Part shown: positions 1 through 7,939 of the stretch, one piece after another
Layout of the letters: each line of letters begins with the position of its first letter
How positions within the stretch are numbered: the stretch's first letter is position 1
DNA from: Opitutia bacterium
Lineage (GTDB): Bacteria; Verrucomicrobiota; Verrucomicrobiia; Opitutales; T3Sed10-336
Direction of reading: 5' to 3'
Length of the DNA stretch: 64,000 nt
Assembly: GCA_050506795.1 (NCBI GenBank)
Contig: JBJHCF010000008.1
Coordinates: 1-64,000, forward strand
Position numbers and translations under genes: made by a program
Notes under the pieces: generated by a model
What the model was told of the DNA's origin: nothing
The model's input: only the letters and a program-made list of their open reading frames with translations
Databases searched by the model: none

Positions 1-80
1 CAACGCCATGATATCACCGCTCACCAGTGGCTGGTTTTGAATCGACCATAGGTGGCGGGTTTTGAACCGACCGGTGACAG

Positions 81-101
81 CCGGCTAAAGCACGGCGCTA
101 C
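81..101 (-). repeat. GTAG-type REP-like element (one of about 10 copies in the window)
   Basis: CCGGCTAAAGCACGGCGCTAC, identical to the copy at 20400-20420. The reverse complement starts with GTAG. Confidence 0.75.
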
Positions 102-140
102 GGTGAAATAAATCCGAAGCCCGGACGTCGAATCTTGTAT

Positions 141-908
141 ATGACAACTGAAGCCGCCGTTCAGAATAACAAGCGAAGCAATCTTATCAAACTGTCCGCC
201 CTGGCGCTGGTGCTGGTCGGACTCTTTTTGCTGAGCCGTTTCCTGCCGGTCGGCGAGTGGCTCCAGGCATTCAACCGTTGGGTCGGAGAGCTCGGAGTGG
301 CCGGAGTGGCCCTGTACGCGGTGATTTACGCTGTCGCCACGGTACTGATGCTTCCCGGCGCGATTTTCACTCTGGGCGCGGGATTCGCTTTTGGGCTCGG
401 CTGGGGATTCCTGGCAGTGGTGGTCGGCGCAACGACCGGCGCCGCGCTGGCGTTTCTCATTGGGCGCTTCCTGGCGCGCGACAAGATCGAAGCCATGACC
501 CGCGACCAGCCGAAGTTTCGCGCCCTGGATAACGCCATTGGCAGGAAAGGCGCCCGTCTGATTTTTCTCCTGCGCCTCAGCCCGTTGATCCCCTTCAATT
601 TAAGCAACTTCTTCTACGGCCTCACCGCAGTGCGGTTCTGGCCGTACGTCCTGGCAAGCGGTATCGGTATGATGCCGGGAATCCTGGTCTATGTTTACCT
701 CGGCACCCTCGGGCGCGCCGGGCTGGAAACGGCGGCGGGAGCCGATACCGAACGCACGCCGTTGGAATGGACGCTGATGGTGGTCGGATTGATCGCGACG
801 GTGGCGGTCACGATCTGGATCTCCAAAATCGCCCGTCAGGCCCTGCGGGAAGCGGGGGAAAACGGAGTTACGACGGAGGTCGGTCTCGTCCAACAGGGCA
901 GAGATTAA
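141..908 (+). CDS. TVP38/TMEM64 (VTT/DedA, SNARE-associated-Golgi family) membrane protein
   Basis: Multi-TM hydrophobic protein with family motifs 'LPGAIFTLGAGFAFG', 'GRFLAR' and 'LLRLSPLIPFNLSNF'. ATG at 141. Confidence 0.9.
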   Translation: MTTEAAVQNNKRSNLIKLSALALVLVGLFLLSRFLPVGEWLQAFNRWVGELGVAGVALYAVIYAVATVLMLPGAIFTLGAGFAFGLGWGFLAVVVGATTGAALAFLIGRFLARDKIEAMTRDQPKFRALDNAIGRKGARLIFLLRLSPLIPFNLSNFFYGLTAVRFWPYVLASGIGMMPGILVYVYLGTLGRAGLETAAGADTERTPLEWTLMVVGLIATVAVTIWISKIARQALREAGENGVTTEVGLVQQGRD

Positions 909-1001
909 TGCGCCCCAGGAAGGCATGTCCTGTCCGCGCCGGCTTCTCTGTCGCATTCGCGCTGCGAGGGTCAAAACGGGTAAGCAGCGTACTTTCGCCG
1001 T

Positions 1002-1742
1002 TCATTTGCCCTTATCATTCCTCCTGCAACGGAATACCTCCACACCGACCATTTCATCGTTTTCGTCGAATTCGATCAGCAGGGGAAGTTTTTCGAGTAC
1101 GGCTTTGGGCAATTCGGAAACAAACGCCCCGGAAGGAGGTCGCTCGCCTGGTTTGTGCTTTTTCAGTTTCAGGTGAATCTGTAAATCGCCGAACGAACAC
1201 TCGACGCCGCCTTCTTCAATATCGACCAACCGCTCCGCGGCAACGGCAATGTCGAGATCGCCCTTGGCGAGCTGCTTCGAGCGGTAAGCGTTGTGGGCAT
1301 CAACCTTCGCTTTCGCGCCGTGAAACCGGATCGAATCTTCGAGAATCGAAGCTTGCTTCTTGTTGCGAAAGGTCTTCGTCGAGTTGGGCTTCACCCTGCT
1401 TCCAATGCGCTTCTGTCCATTCCGCGGCAACAAGAGCCAACGCTCCTCCACATCCCGCACGGTTCCGCACACCTTGCATGCCGTCCGCCCCTCTCGGGTT
1501 TTTCGCCAGCCTGCACGGTGCGGACACTGTAGGGACAGAAACTCCCACAATTCTCCGAGTTGCTGATAAATCTCTCCCATCCGCTCTCCCTCCTCGCCTT
1601 TGTCCAACGATGGATGCTTCGACACAAAGTCCATACTGAGAAAGAGCTGCTTGAACCGGGATTTGAGGTTGTCCTGTTTCGCTTTCATTGGGGGCGGAGA
1701 TGTTTCAGGTTTTGAAAGATTCGTTCGGTTGATGTTAGACAC
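1002..1742 (-). CDS. Hypothetical protein downstream of the RT, with a Zn-ribbon-like C-x-H...CxxC and a DUF2283-like C-terminus; candidate retron effector/accessory protein
   Basis: GTG start overlaps the RT stop (GGTGTCTAA); alternative ATG at 1688. Motifs 'QCPH...ACKVCG' and 'LLIEFDENDEMVGVEV'. Confidence 0.6.
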   Translation of the reverse strand: MSNINRTNLSKPETSPPPMKAKQDNLKSRFKQLFLSMDFVSKHPSLDKGEEGERMGEIYQQLGELWEFLSLQCPHRAGWRKTREGRTACKVCGTVRDVEERWLLLPRNGQKRIGSRVKPNSTKTFRNKKQASILEDSIRFHGAKAKVDAHNAYRSKQLAKGDLDIAVAAERLVDIEEGGVECSFGDLQIHLKLKKHKPGERPPSGAFVSELPKAVLEKLPLLIEFDENDEMVGVEVFRCRRNDKGK

Positions 1743-2595
1743 CGACTCCGGCGCGAGCTGATTTGCGTGTACTTAAAAGATTCCTGTTTCGGCGTTCAAT
1801 CGCACGAATGTAGCGGCGATATCCGATGGCCTGCGGAGAGTTGTGACCGTGTGTCAAAACACACTGCTGGAACTTGTCCAATGTTTTCTGGGCCGGTTTG
1901 ATCGAGTGGTTCACCCTCAGTCCCAGGTTTTCCTGTTCGTCGGAGCATTTCATTACCTTCGTCTTGCTGCCTTGAATCGCGAAGCCGTGGCGGCGAAAAA
2001 TCTTTTGGGCAAGCTTCAGTGTTCTTGCAAGTCCGATTGGGCCGCTGATGGTTAGGTCATCCACCCATAGCGTGAGATTACACCGTGGATCGATCGCTTT
2101 CAGTGCCTTCTTCAGGTCCAGAAACGCTGGCTCGATCGCCAGTCGAGCCAATCCCGGGCTCGACGGAGCTCCTTGTGGCAGAGCGTTTTTCCAAGTGACG
2201 ATCCTGACAAAATCCGATGCCATCTCCGGATCGTCCAATATCCGCTCGAAAATTCGAATCAACATCCGCCTTCTTACGGTTGGAAAGAAGTCGGCCAGAT
2301 CCATTGCAATGACAACCCGTTTTTCGACATGTGGGATCATCGCATCAACCGTCGAAGTCTTCGGCCTTCCCGCAATTTCCGGCGTGACCGAGATCTTGTT
2401 TATCTCGTCTTTCAACAGAGTCTGAACGGTTTTGAGTTTCCCGGAAGGTGCACTTATGACGCGATGCCCTCCTCCGGATTTGGGTTCGGCCCAGGTCCGA
2501 TACTGTCGGGGAGCACGCTTGGCCAGATTAGAGAACGCCTCGACGGTCATAGCGCACTTGCTGGCAATGAATGAGTTAACGCAGATTTTTTGCAT
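1735..2595 (-). CDS. Retron-like reverse transcriptase (RT domain only, ~270-290 aa)
   Basis: RT motifs 'PKSGGGHRVISAP', 'MDLADFFPTV', 'LPQGAPSSP' and catalytic 'WVDDLTISG'. Region X-like 'DAMIPH' and region Y-like 'QENLGLRV'. Start is 2595 (MQKI) or 2550 (ATGA-coupled to the upstream ORF). Confidence 0.9.
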   Translation of the reverse strand: MQKICVNSFIASKCAMTVEAFSNLAKRAPRQYRTWAEPKSGGGHRVISAPSGKLKTVQTLLKDEINKISVTPEIAGRPKTSTVDAMIPHVEKRVVIAMDLADFFPTVRRRMLIRIFERILDDPEMASDFVRIVTWKNALPQGAPSSPGLARLAIEPAFLDLKKALKAIDPRCNLTLWVDDLTISGPIGLARTLKLAQKIFRRHGFAIQGSKTKVMKCSDEQENLGLRVNHSIKPAQKTLDKFQQCVLTHGHNSPQAIGYRRYIRAIERRNRNLLSTRKSARAGVGV

Positions 2596-2993
2596 GGTAA
2601 CTTTCGGTAGAGAGAAATCAGGGGAAGGAAACCATTGTACCACAGCCATACTACAACACGTTCGAAAAGCGCCCTTGCGTTTCGCACGAGACGCTTTACG
2701 GACCTCAAGCCAAGCCAATCCAGAATCTTTGCCCGGTTGGCTTCGACCTGCAGCCGATCAATTACGCCGGTCAAAATCGCTCGGTCTTCCCGTGCCAGAG
2801 TCGACACGAGAAAGAGCCGTTCCAGATTTTGAACCGCGTCTTGATATTGGCCTGTCGACGTTGCCTTGACAGCTGAGTCCAACAGTCCCTTCCCCCTATA
2901 TCCTCCTCCCAGCCTTCGACTGACGCTCTTCAAATCATGAAGCGCCAGATCCACCCTGGGAGAGAATCGAGGGTGACCTATTTCCGTTTTCAT
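2547..2993 (-). CDS. Hypothetical 148-aa basic protein, first gene of the RT operon
   Basis: Strong RBS AAAGGAGG-taaat-ATG (MKTEIG...). Its stop forms an ATGA overlap with an in-frame RT ATG at 2550. Confidence 0.7.
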   Translation of the reverse strand: MKTEIGHPRFSPRVDLALHDLKSVSRRLGGGYRGKGLLDSAVKATSTGQYQDAVQNLERLFLVSTLAREDRAILTGVIDRLQVEANRAKILDWLGLRSVKRLVRNARALFERVVVWLWYNGFLPLISLYRKLPCKKSALTHSLPASAL

Positions 2994-3018
2994 ATTTACC
3001 TCCTTTCTGTTTAACGGA

Positions 3019-3240
3019 TTTGAAAAAGAAAGCGTCTCTGGGAGAATCAGCCATGCCCTTTCTAGGATCGCCGACTCAACGGGAGAGCACTTCGCCTTTG
3101 GACCCCACGTTTCGCGGGCCACGAGACCGGACCCAGGCCCGATAATTCCGGGTCTGAGACTTGCCTCGATCTTGTGCCGCCGGGCAATGCCGACGGGAGG
3201 AGGTGCAGCGGATGGTCATCCGTGACGATTCTTTCAAAGA
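3019..3240 (-). ncRNA. Putative structured RT-associated ncRNA (msr/msd-like leader)
   Basis: Terminal inverted arms 3224-3238 and 3019-3036 enclose about 5 hairpins (3209-3222, 3177-3196, 3130-3154, 3104-3118, 3057-3066). It lies between a predicted promoter and the RBS of the RT operon. Confidence 0.55.
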
Positions 3241-3248
3241 ACGAAATG

Positions 3249-3277
3249 ATTTGAGCAGATTTTGGAGATCTTGTCAA
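3249..3277 (-). promoter_or_regulatory. Putative sigma70 promoter for the ncRNA/RT operon
   Basis: Minus strand TTGACA (3277-3272), 17 nt, TCAAAT (3254-3249). The predicted TSS near 3242 is just 5' of the inverted arm. Confidence 0.45.
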
Positions 3278-3340
3278 CCATGTTTTGCTCTTGACGCACC
3301 ACGATATAACAAATGTCATAAAGCCTTAAAGAAATTAAAT

Positions 3341-6300
3341 GTGATAGGTAAAGGTCAAGAAAAAGAGCAATTTGCAGGCCGGCTTAAACAAATACGAGGT
3401 CGGCTGAGTCTCACACAACAAGCTCTAGCTGAAGAGCTTGGAGTATCATTTGCCACTGTCAATCGTTGGGAAAATCGCCAAACGAGGCCTTCTCGCATTG
3501 TCCTGGAGAAGATAGCGGCCCTTGAGGCGAGAACCCGCTCGGACCGTGCACATTCTTCCGGGGAGTCGGTTTCCCCGCATCCGGTCAATCTCGACTTTTC
3601 CGCAAATTCCGAGGTTATCCGGACGATCACGGAGGGGGAGAGGCTCGGTTTCGGTCATGCCGCGAATCCGGCCTTCGCCACAGAGATTTCCCGAATCGAC
3701 CCCCTGCCGCACCAGCGGATTGCCGTGTATCAAAAAATGCTCGCGAGTGAGCGCCTGCGATTTCTGCTCGCTGACGACGCAGGCGCCGGAAAAACGATTA
3801 TGACCGGTCTCTATCTCCGTGAAATGCTTTCACGGCGCCTGATCCGGCGGATTCTGATCGTTCCACCCGCGGGACTTGTCGGAAACTGGCACAGCGAGAT
3901 GGAGAAGCTTTTCAGCCTCGGCTTCACCATCGTTTCCGGAAACGACGCAGCAAAGGGTAATCCTTTTGAGGGGGAGGATTCGGATCGTGTCATCGTCAGC
4001 GTCGACAGCTTGAGGGGCAAGAGGCTCTTTGGTTGGCTTGCCCACGAATCCACCATACCCTATGACCTTGTCGTCTTTGACGAAGCTCACAAATTGTCTG
4101 CCGACCAGCAGGCGGATTTTCGTATCAAGAAGACCAGCCGTTACGAACTGGCGGAGGCGCTGGCCGGGGTAAGCGATTGTTCGGAACAGTGGAAGCTTCC
4201 CTGGAGCACGAACCACCTGCTCTTGCTGACTGCCACCCCCCACATGGGCAAGGATTATCCCTACTACGCGCTCTGGCGATTGCTTCTGCCCAATCAGCTT
4301 ACGACGATCGAGGCGTTCAACGAGTTCTCAAAATCCGTCCGGGAGCACCATTTCATTCGTCGCACCAAGGAGGAAATGGTCCATTTGGATGGCCGCCCCC
4401 TCTACCCGACACGGAGATGCGATACTCTTGGATTCGACCTCACCGCCGGCGACGAAGGCGAGCAGGTTCTCTACGAAAAAACAACCGCTTACCTAAAGCA
4501 TGTTTACAACAAAGCCAAGATGCTGAATCGCTCGGCCGCGAAGCTGGCTATGAGCGTATTCCAGCGCCGACTTGCCAGCTCGACCTATGCGCTGTTGCGT
4601 TCGTTCGAACGGCGGATGGAAAAACTGGACGCACTCATCGAGCAGCTTCAGCAGGGCGTTCTCTCCGTGGAGGAGATGAATCGCCTCCAAAAGAAGCGAT
4701 TTGCCGTCGACTCGGATGTCTTCGAGTCAAAAACCGCCGACGAGGAAATCGAAGGTGAATCGGAGGAAAACGAGGTCGGTGAAGTCGAGCTTCTTGGTTA
4801 TTTTGTCGCCGCATCCCTTCGGGATTTGCTGACCGAGCGTGAAGAAGTAAAGACCCTGCTCGATCTGGCAAAAGCGGTTCACGAGACAGGCATGGAGTCC
4901 AAGTTTGAGAAACTGCGGGAGATTTTGATCGAACCCTCCTACGAAAACGAAAAACTCATCATCTTTACCGAGCACAAAGATACCCTCGACTACCTGATCC
5001 GCCGGCTGAACGGCCTGGGATACACAGGCAAGGTGGCCCAGATTCACGGGGGCATGCACTACACGGAACGAACGGCGGAAGTCGAAAGGTTCCGCAGGGA
5101 CCACGATGACGGCGGGGCGCGTTTTATGGTTTGTACCGATGCGGCGGCAGAGGGGATCAACCTCCAGTTCTGCTGGATCATGATCAACTACGACATCCCC
5201 TGGAATCCCGCTCGTCTGGAACAACGCATGGGGAGGATTCACCGCTACGGTCAAAAACATGATCCCGTCGTCATCCTCAATCTTGTCGCCCCCAGGACCC
5301 GGGAGGGACGCGTATTGAAAACGCTCCTCGAAAAGTTGGAGCGCATTCGGAAACAGCTCAATTCGGACAAGGTGTTCGATGCCATTGGGCGGGTTTTCGA
5401 GGGTGTTTCGATCCGCGACTACATGGAACGGATCGTCGAAACCGGCGACGCCGACGCGGTCCAGTCCGATATAGAGGGCAAACTGACCAAGGAACAGATC
5501 GAAGCGTTAATGGTAAAGGAAGCTACCCTTTACGGCAGCGGTGGCGATGTGAAATCGAAGTTGCCGGAATTGCGAGCGGCGATGGATCGTGAAACCTACT
5601 TCAAACTTCTTCCGGGCTATGTTCGCAGCTATTTCGAAAAGGCGGCGCCCCTCGCGGGCCTCCGGATTCACGATGACGGATCCGGCACTTTCACTTTGAG
5701 TCCGGATCCAAAGCAAAGAAGTGCTGTGCAAGACCGGATATTCTCCGAAGCGAATGCGGAAGAACAAAAGTTTGCCTTCGTGAAGCCGAAAGAGGGAGAG
5801 CACGTTGTCTGGCTGCATCCGGGTGAGCCCATCTTTGAGAACTTCCGCGAGGATTTTAAAAGGGCTCACCACCAAGATTCCCTACGCGGCGGCGTGTTTA
5901 TCGACCCGAATGCCGCCGCCCCCTATTTGTTTCATCTGGCCCGTATTACGATTTTCCGGAGCGCGGATCCCGAGGTGCTGGAACTGGCGCGTGAGGAGAC
6001 CATTGAATTCCGGCTGGTCGGACTGAAGCAATACGAAGGTTCCGAAATAGAAATCTGTCCGCTGGAACACCTTCTCTTGTTGCGGGGAACACGCGGAATC
6101 CCGAAAGGGGCTCAGATTCTGGCGGCGGAGGCCAAGAATTTGCGTGAACAGGCAAGCGCATACCTCATGGAGCGAAACGTCCGCGAGTTGGCGCTCTCGC
6201 ACAAGAGGCGTCTTGAGGCCACGTTGGCCGAAAGGGCCGGAACGATCGAACGCGGCTTCGCTTTTCAGACGGCCGAACTGGCCAAGACACGGGCCAAGCT

Positions 6301-6913
6301 TTCCAAGAAGGCCCGCGAAGGAAACAAGTCCGCCCAAATCGACCTGGAGGTCATCAAGAAGCGTCAGCGCACTAAGGGCGAACGTCGCGAACAAGCGCTT
6401 CGCGCCATCCGTCGCGAACCGGCTTTGATCAAATGCGCTCCTGTTGAATTCATTACCCATGCGCTCGCGGTTCCATCGAACGATCCCGTCGAACGGGAAC
6501 GGCACGAGGCCGATGTCGAACAGGTCGCGATGAACCTCGCCTGGGCCTACGAGAAATCATCCGGCGCCATCGTTAAAGATGTCCACACCCCGCCGCTGGC
6601 CCGGGCCGCCGGGTTGGGTGACAATCCGGGATTCGACCTCCTTGCCACCTATCCGAACGGAGAAGAACGCTGCATCGAAGTCAAAGGGCGGGCTCGGACG
6701 GGTGACGTAGAGGTGACCCGCAACGAATGGGCGAAGGCCTGCAACCTGGGCGACCGGTACTGGCTTTACGTCGTTTACAATTGCGCGACTCCGGCGCCCC
6801 AGATGGAACGCGTACAGGATCCGTTTCTTAACATTCTCGCGAAAACCAAAGGAAGCCTGCTGATCGACTCCAGGTCCGTGATCGACGCTTCCATCAATGA
6901 GGCTCCAAAATGA
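3341..6913 (+). CDS. XRE-HTH / SNF2-family helicase / DUF3883 (PD-(D/E)xK-like) fusion
   Basis: HTH 'LTQQALAEELGVSFATVNRWEN'; Walker A 'LLADDAGAGKT'; 'VFDEAH'; 'LLLTATPH'; 'EGINLQ'; 'WNPARLEQRMGRIHRYGQ'; C-terminal 'GFDL...RCIEVKG'. Probable GTG start at 3341. Confidence 0.92.
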   Translation: MIGKGQEKEQFAGRLKQIRGRLSLTQQALAEELGVSFATVNRWENRQTRPSRIVLEKIAALEARTRSDRAHSSGESVSPHPVNLDFSANSEVIRTITEGERLGFGHAANPAFATEISRIDPLPHQRIAVYQKMLASERLRFLLADDAGAGKTIMTGLYLREMLSRRLIRRILIVPPAGLVGNWHSEMEKLFSLGFTIVSGNDAAKGNPFEGEDSDRVIVSVDSLRGKRLFGWLAHESTIPYDLVVFDEAHKLSADQQADFRIKKTSRYELAEALAGVSDCSEQWKLPWSTNHLLLLTATPHMGKDYPYYALWRLLLPNQLTTIEAFNEFSKSVREHHFIRRTKEEMVHLDGRPLYPTRRCDTLGFDLTAGDEGEQVLYEKTTAYLKHVYNKAKMLNRSAAKLAMSVFQRRLASSTYALLRSFERRMEKLDALIEQLQQGVLSVEEMNRLQKKRFAVDSDVFESKTADEEIEGESEENEVGEVELLGYFVAASLRDLLTEREEVKTLLDLAKAVHETGMESKFEKLREILIEPSYENEKLIIFTEHKDTLDYLIRRLNGLGYTGKVAQIHGGMHYTERTAEVERFRRDHDDGGARFMVCTDAAAEGINLQFCWIMINYDIPWNPARLEQRMGRIHRYGQKHDPVVILNLVAPRTREGRVLKTLLEKLERIRKQLNSDKVFDAIGRVFEGVSIRDYMERIVETGDADAVQSDIEGKLTKEQIEALMVKEATLYGSGGDVKSKLPELRAAMDRETYFKLLPGYVRSYFEKAAPLAGLRIHDDGSGTFTLSPDPKQRSAVQDRIFSEANAEEQKFAFVKPKEGEHVVWLHPGEPIFENFREDFKRAHHQDSLRGGVFIDPNAAAPYLFHLARITIFRSADPEVLELAREETIEFRLVGLKQYEGSEIEICPLEHLLLLRGTRGIPKGAQILAAEAKNLREQASAYLMERNVRELALSHKRRLEATLAERAGTIERGFAFQTAELAKTRAKLSKKAREGNKSAQIDLEVIKKRQRTKGERREQALRAIRREPALIKCAPVEFITHALAVPSNDPVERERHEADVEQVAMNLAWAYEKSSGAIVKDVHTPPLARAAGLGDNPGFDLLATYPNGEERCIEVKGRARTGDVEVTRNEWAKACNLGDRYWLYVVYNCATPAPQMERVQDPFLNILAKTKGSLLIDSRSVIDASINEAPK

Positions 6914-6937
6914 GTTTCCCGGCTGTCAGTAAAGGAG

Positions 6938-7834
6938 GTGGCTGTGTATTTTTTCTATTTTGATGAAAGCGGCTCGCGCGATCCAAAGGTCGAGGGTCAG
7001 GATAAGGGAGGGTCAAATTTCGCCAAGGACCACCTTTATGTGCTGACCGCCTTGAGCCTCTACGAGAAGAAGTGGGCCGCGTTCGATCAAGAAATCAGTG
7101 CGCTCAAACTTCGCTTGAGAACGAAACTCTACCGCGAGAAACAAATCGAACTGCCATCGCTTGCCGATTGCGAAGTCAAATCCACGAGCCTGCGCCTGAG
7201 CAAATCACCAGGGAAGAAGGGGTATAGCCCGTTTGTCCACAACCTCGACGACTCGGAAAAGACCACGCTTTCCGAGTTGTTCTTTTCGCAGTTGGCCAAA
7301 CACAACATGCGGCTGTTCGCCGTTGTGATCGATAAACGAAAGCTCCGCGACCACATGACCGGAGAGCAGATGCATAAGAAGGCCTACGAGTTGTTGCTTG
7401 AGCGGATCGAACACTACCTCTGGGAGTACTACCCGAAGCACGGCGGGTTGATTGTGATGGACGATACGCAGAAGCAACTGAATCACGCAGTCGCCATGAA
7501 ACACGCCTGGTTCCAGCGGGACGGGAACGCGAATCTCCGCTTCAAACACATTATCGAATACCCGTTTTTCACCGACAGTCGGCTTTCAAACGGCGTTCAA
7601 CTCGCCGATTTGTGCAGTTACAACATCTACCGGGCCTTTCGAAGCGGGGACTTCACCTATCCCTACTTTGAGAAACTGCTGCCGCATTTTTACCGGTCCC
7701 GGCGCACGGGCGACGGCAAACTCGATGGTCTCAAAGTATTTCCGGATGATTCTGAATTGATCCAATTCGCCGCCGACGGATACCGGGAATTCCAGGCTCT
7801 GGACACGAAAAAGCCCGCCGAGGAGGCGGGCTGA
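6938..7834 (+). CDS. DUF3800 family protein (predicted RNase H-like fold)
   Basis: N-terminal 'FYFDESG' and C-terminal 'DSRLSNGVQLADLCSY'. RBS AAGGAG overlaps the GTG region. Confidence 0.85.
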   Translation: MAVYFFYFDESGSRDPKVEGQDKGGSNFAKDHLYVLTALSLYEKKWAAFDQEISALKLRLRTKLYREKQIELPSLADCEVKSTSLRLSKSPGKKGYSPFVHNLDDSEKTTLSELFFSQLAKHNMRLFAVVIDKRKLRDHMTGEQMHKKAYELLLERIEHYLWEYYPKHGGLIVMDDTQKQLNHAVAMKHAWFQRDGNANLRFKHIIEYPFFTDSRLSNGVQLADLCSYNIYRAFRSGDFTYPYFEKLLPHFYRSRRTGDGKLDGLKVFPDDSELIQFAADGYREFQALDTKKPAEEAG

Positions 7835-7889
7835 AAAAAATGAAACTGGGCTGGGATGACCATATCAAGCCTGCGTGAGGCACCCAGTT
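7812..7889 (+). ncRNA. Possible structured RNA / terminator 3' of the DUF3800 gene
   Basis: Hairpin AGCCCGCC-GAGGA-GGCGGGCT (7812-7832), then stem AACTGGG (7844-7850)/CCCAGTT (7883-7889) enclosing GCCT-GCGTG-AGGC. Confidence 0.4.
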
Positions 7890-7939
7890 ATGCTCGAAAG
7901 TTCGTCTATTTCTCGGTCATAGTCAAGAAAGATTTATCC

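Noticed and set aside
1735..2595. RT as a group II intron, DGR or CRISPR-associated RT
   Set aside because: No maturase/X domain or intron domain V seen, no TR/VR repeat pair, and no cas1 or array.
2596..2718. Longer 327-aa RT start
   Set aside because: It lies inside the upstream ORF that has the strong RBS, and RT-like sequence begins only near MQKI/MTVE.
3161..3340. N-terminal extension of the helicase ORF from the ORF track
   Set aside because: It overlaps the promoter and structured RNA region. The HTH begins just after the GTG at 3341.
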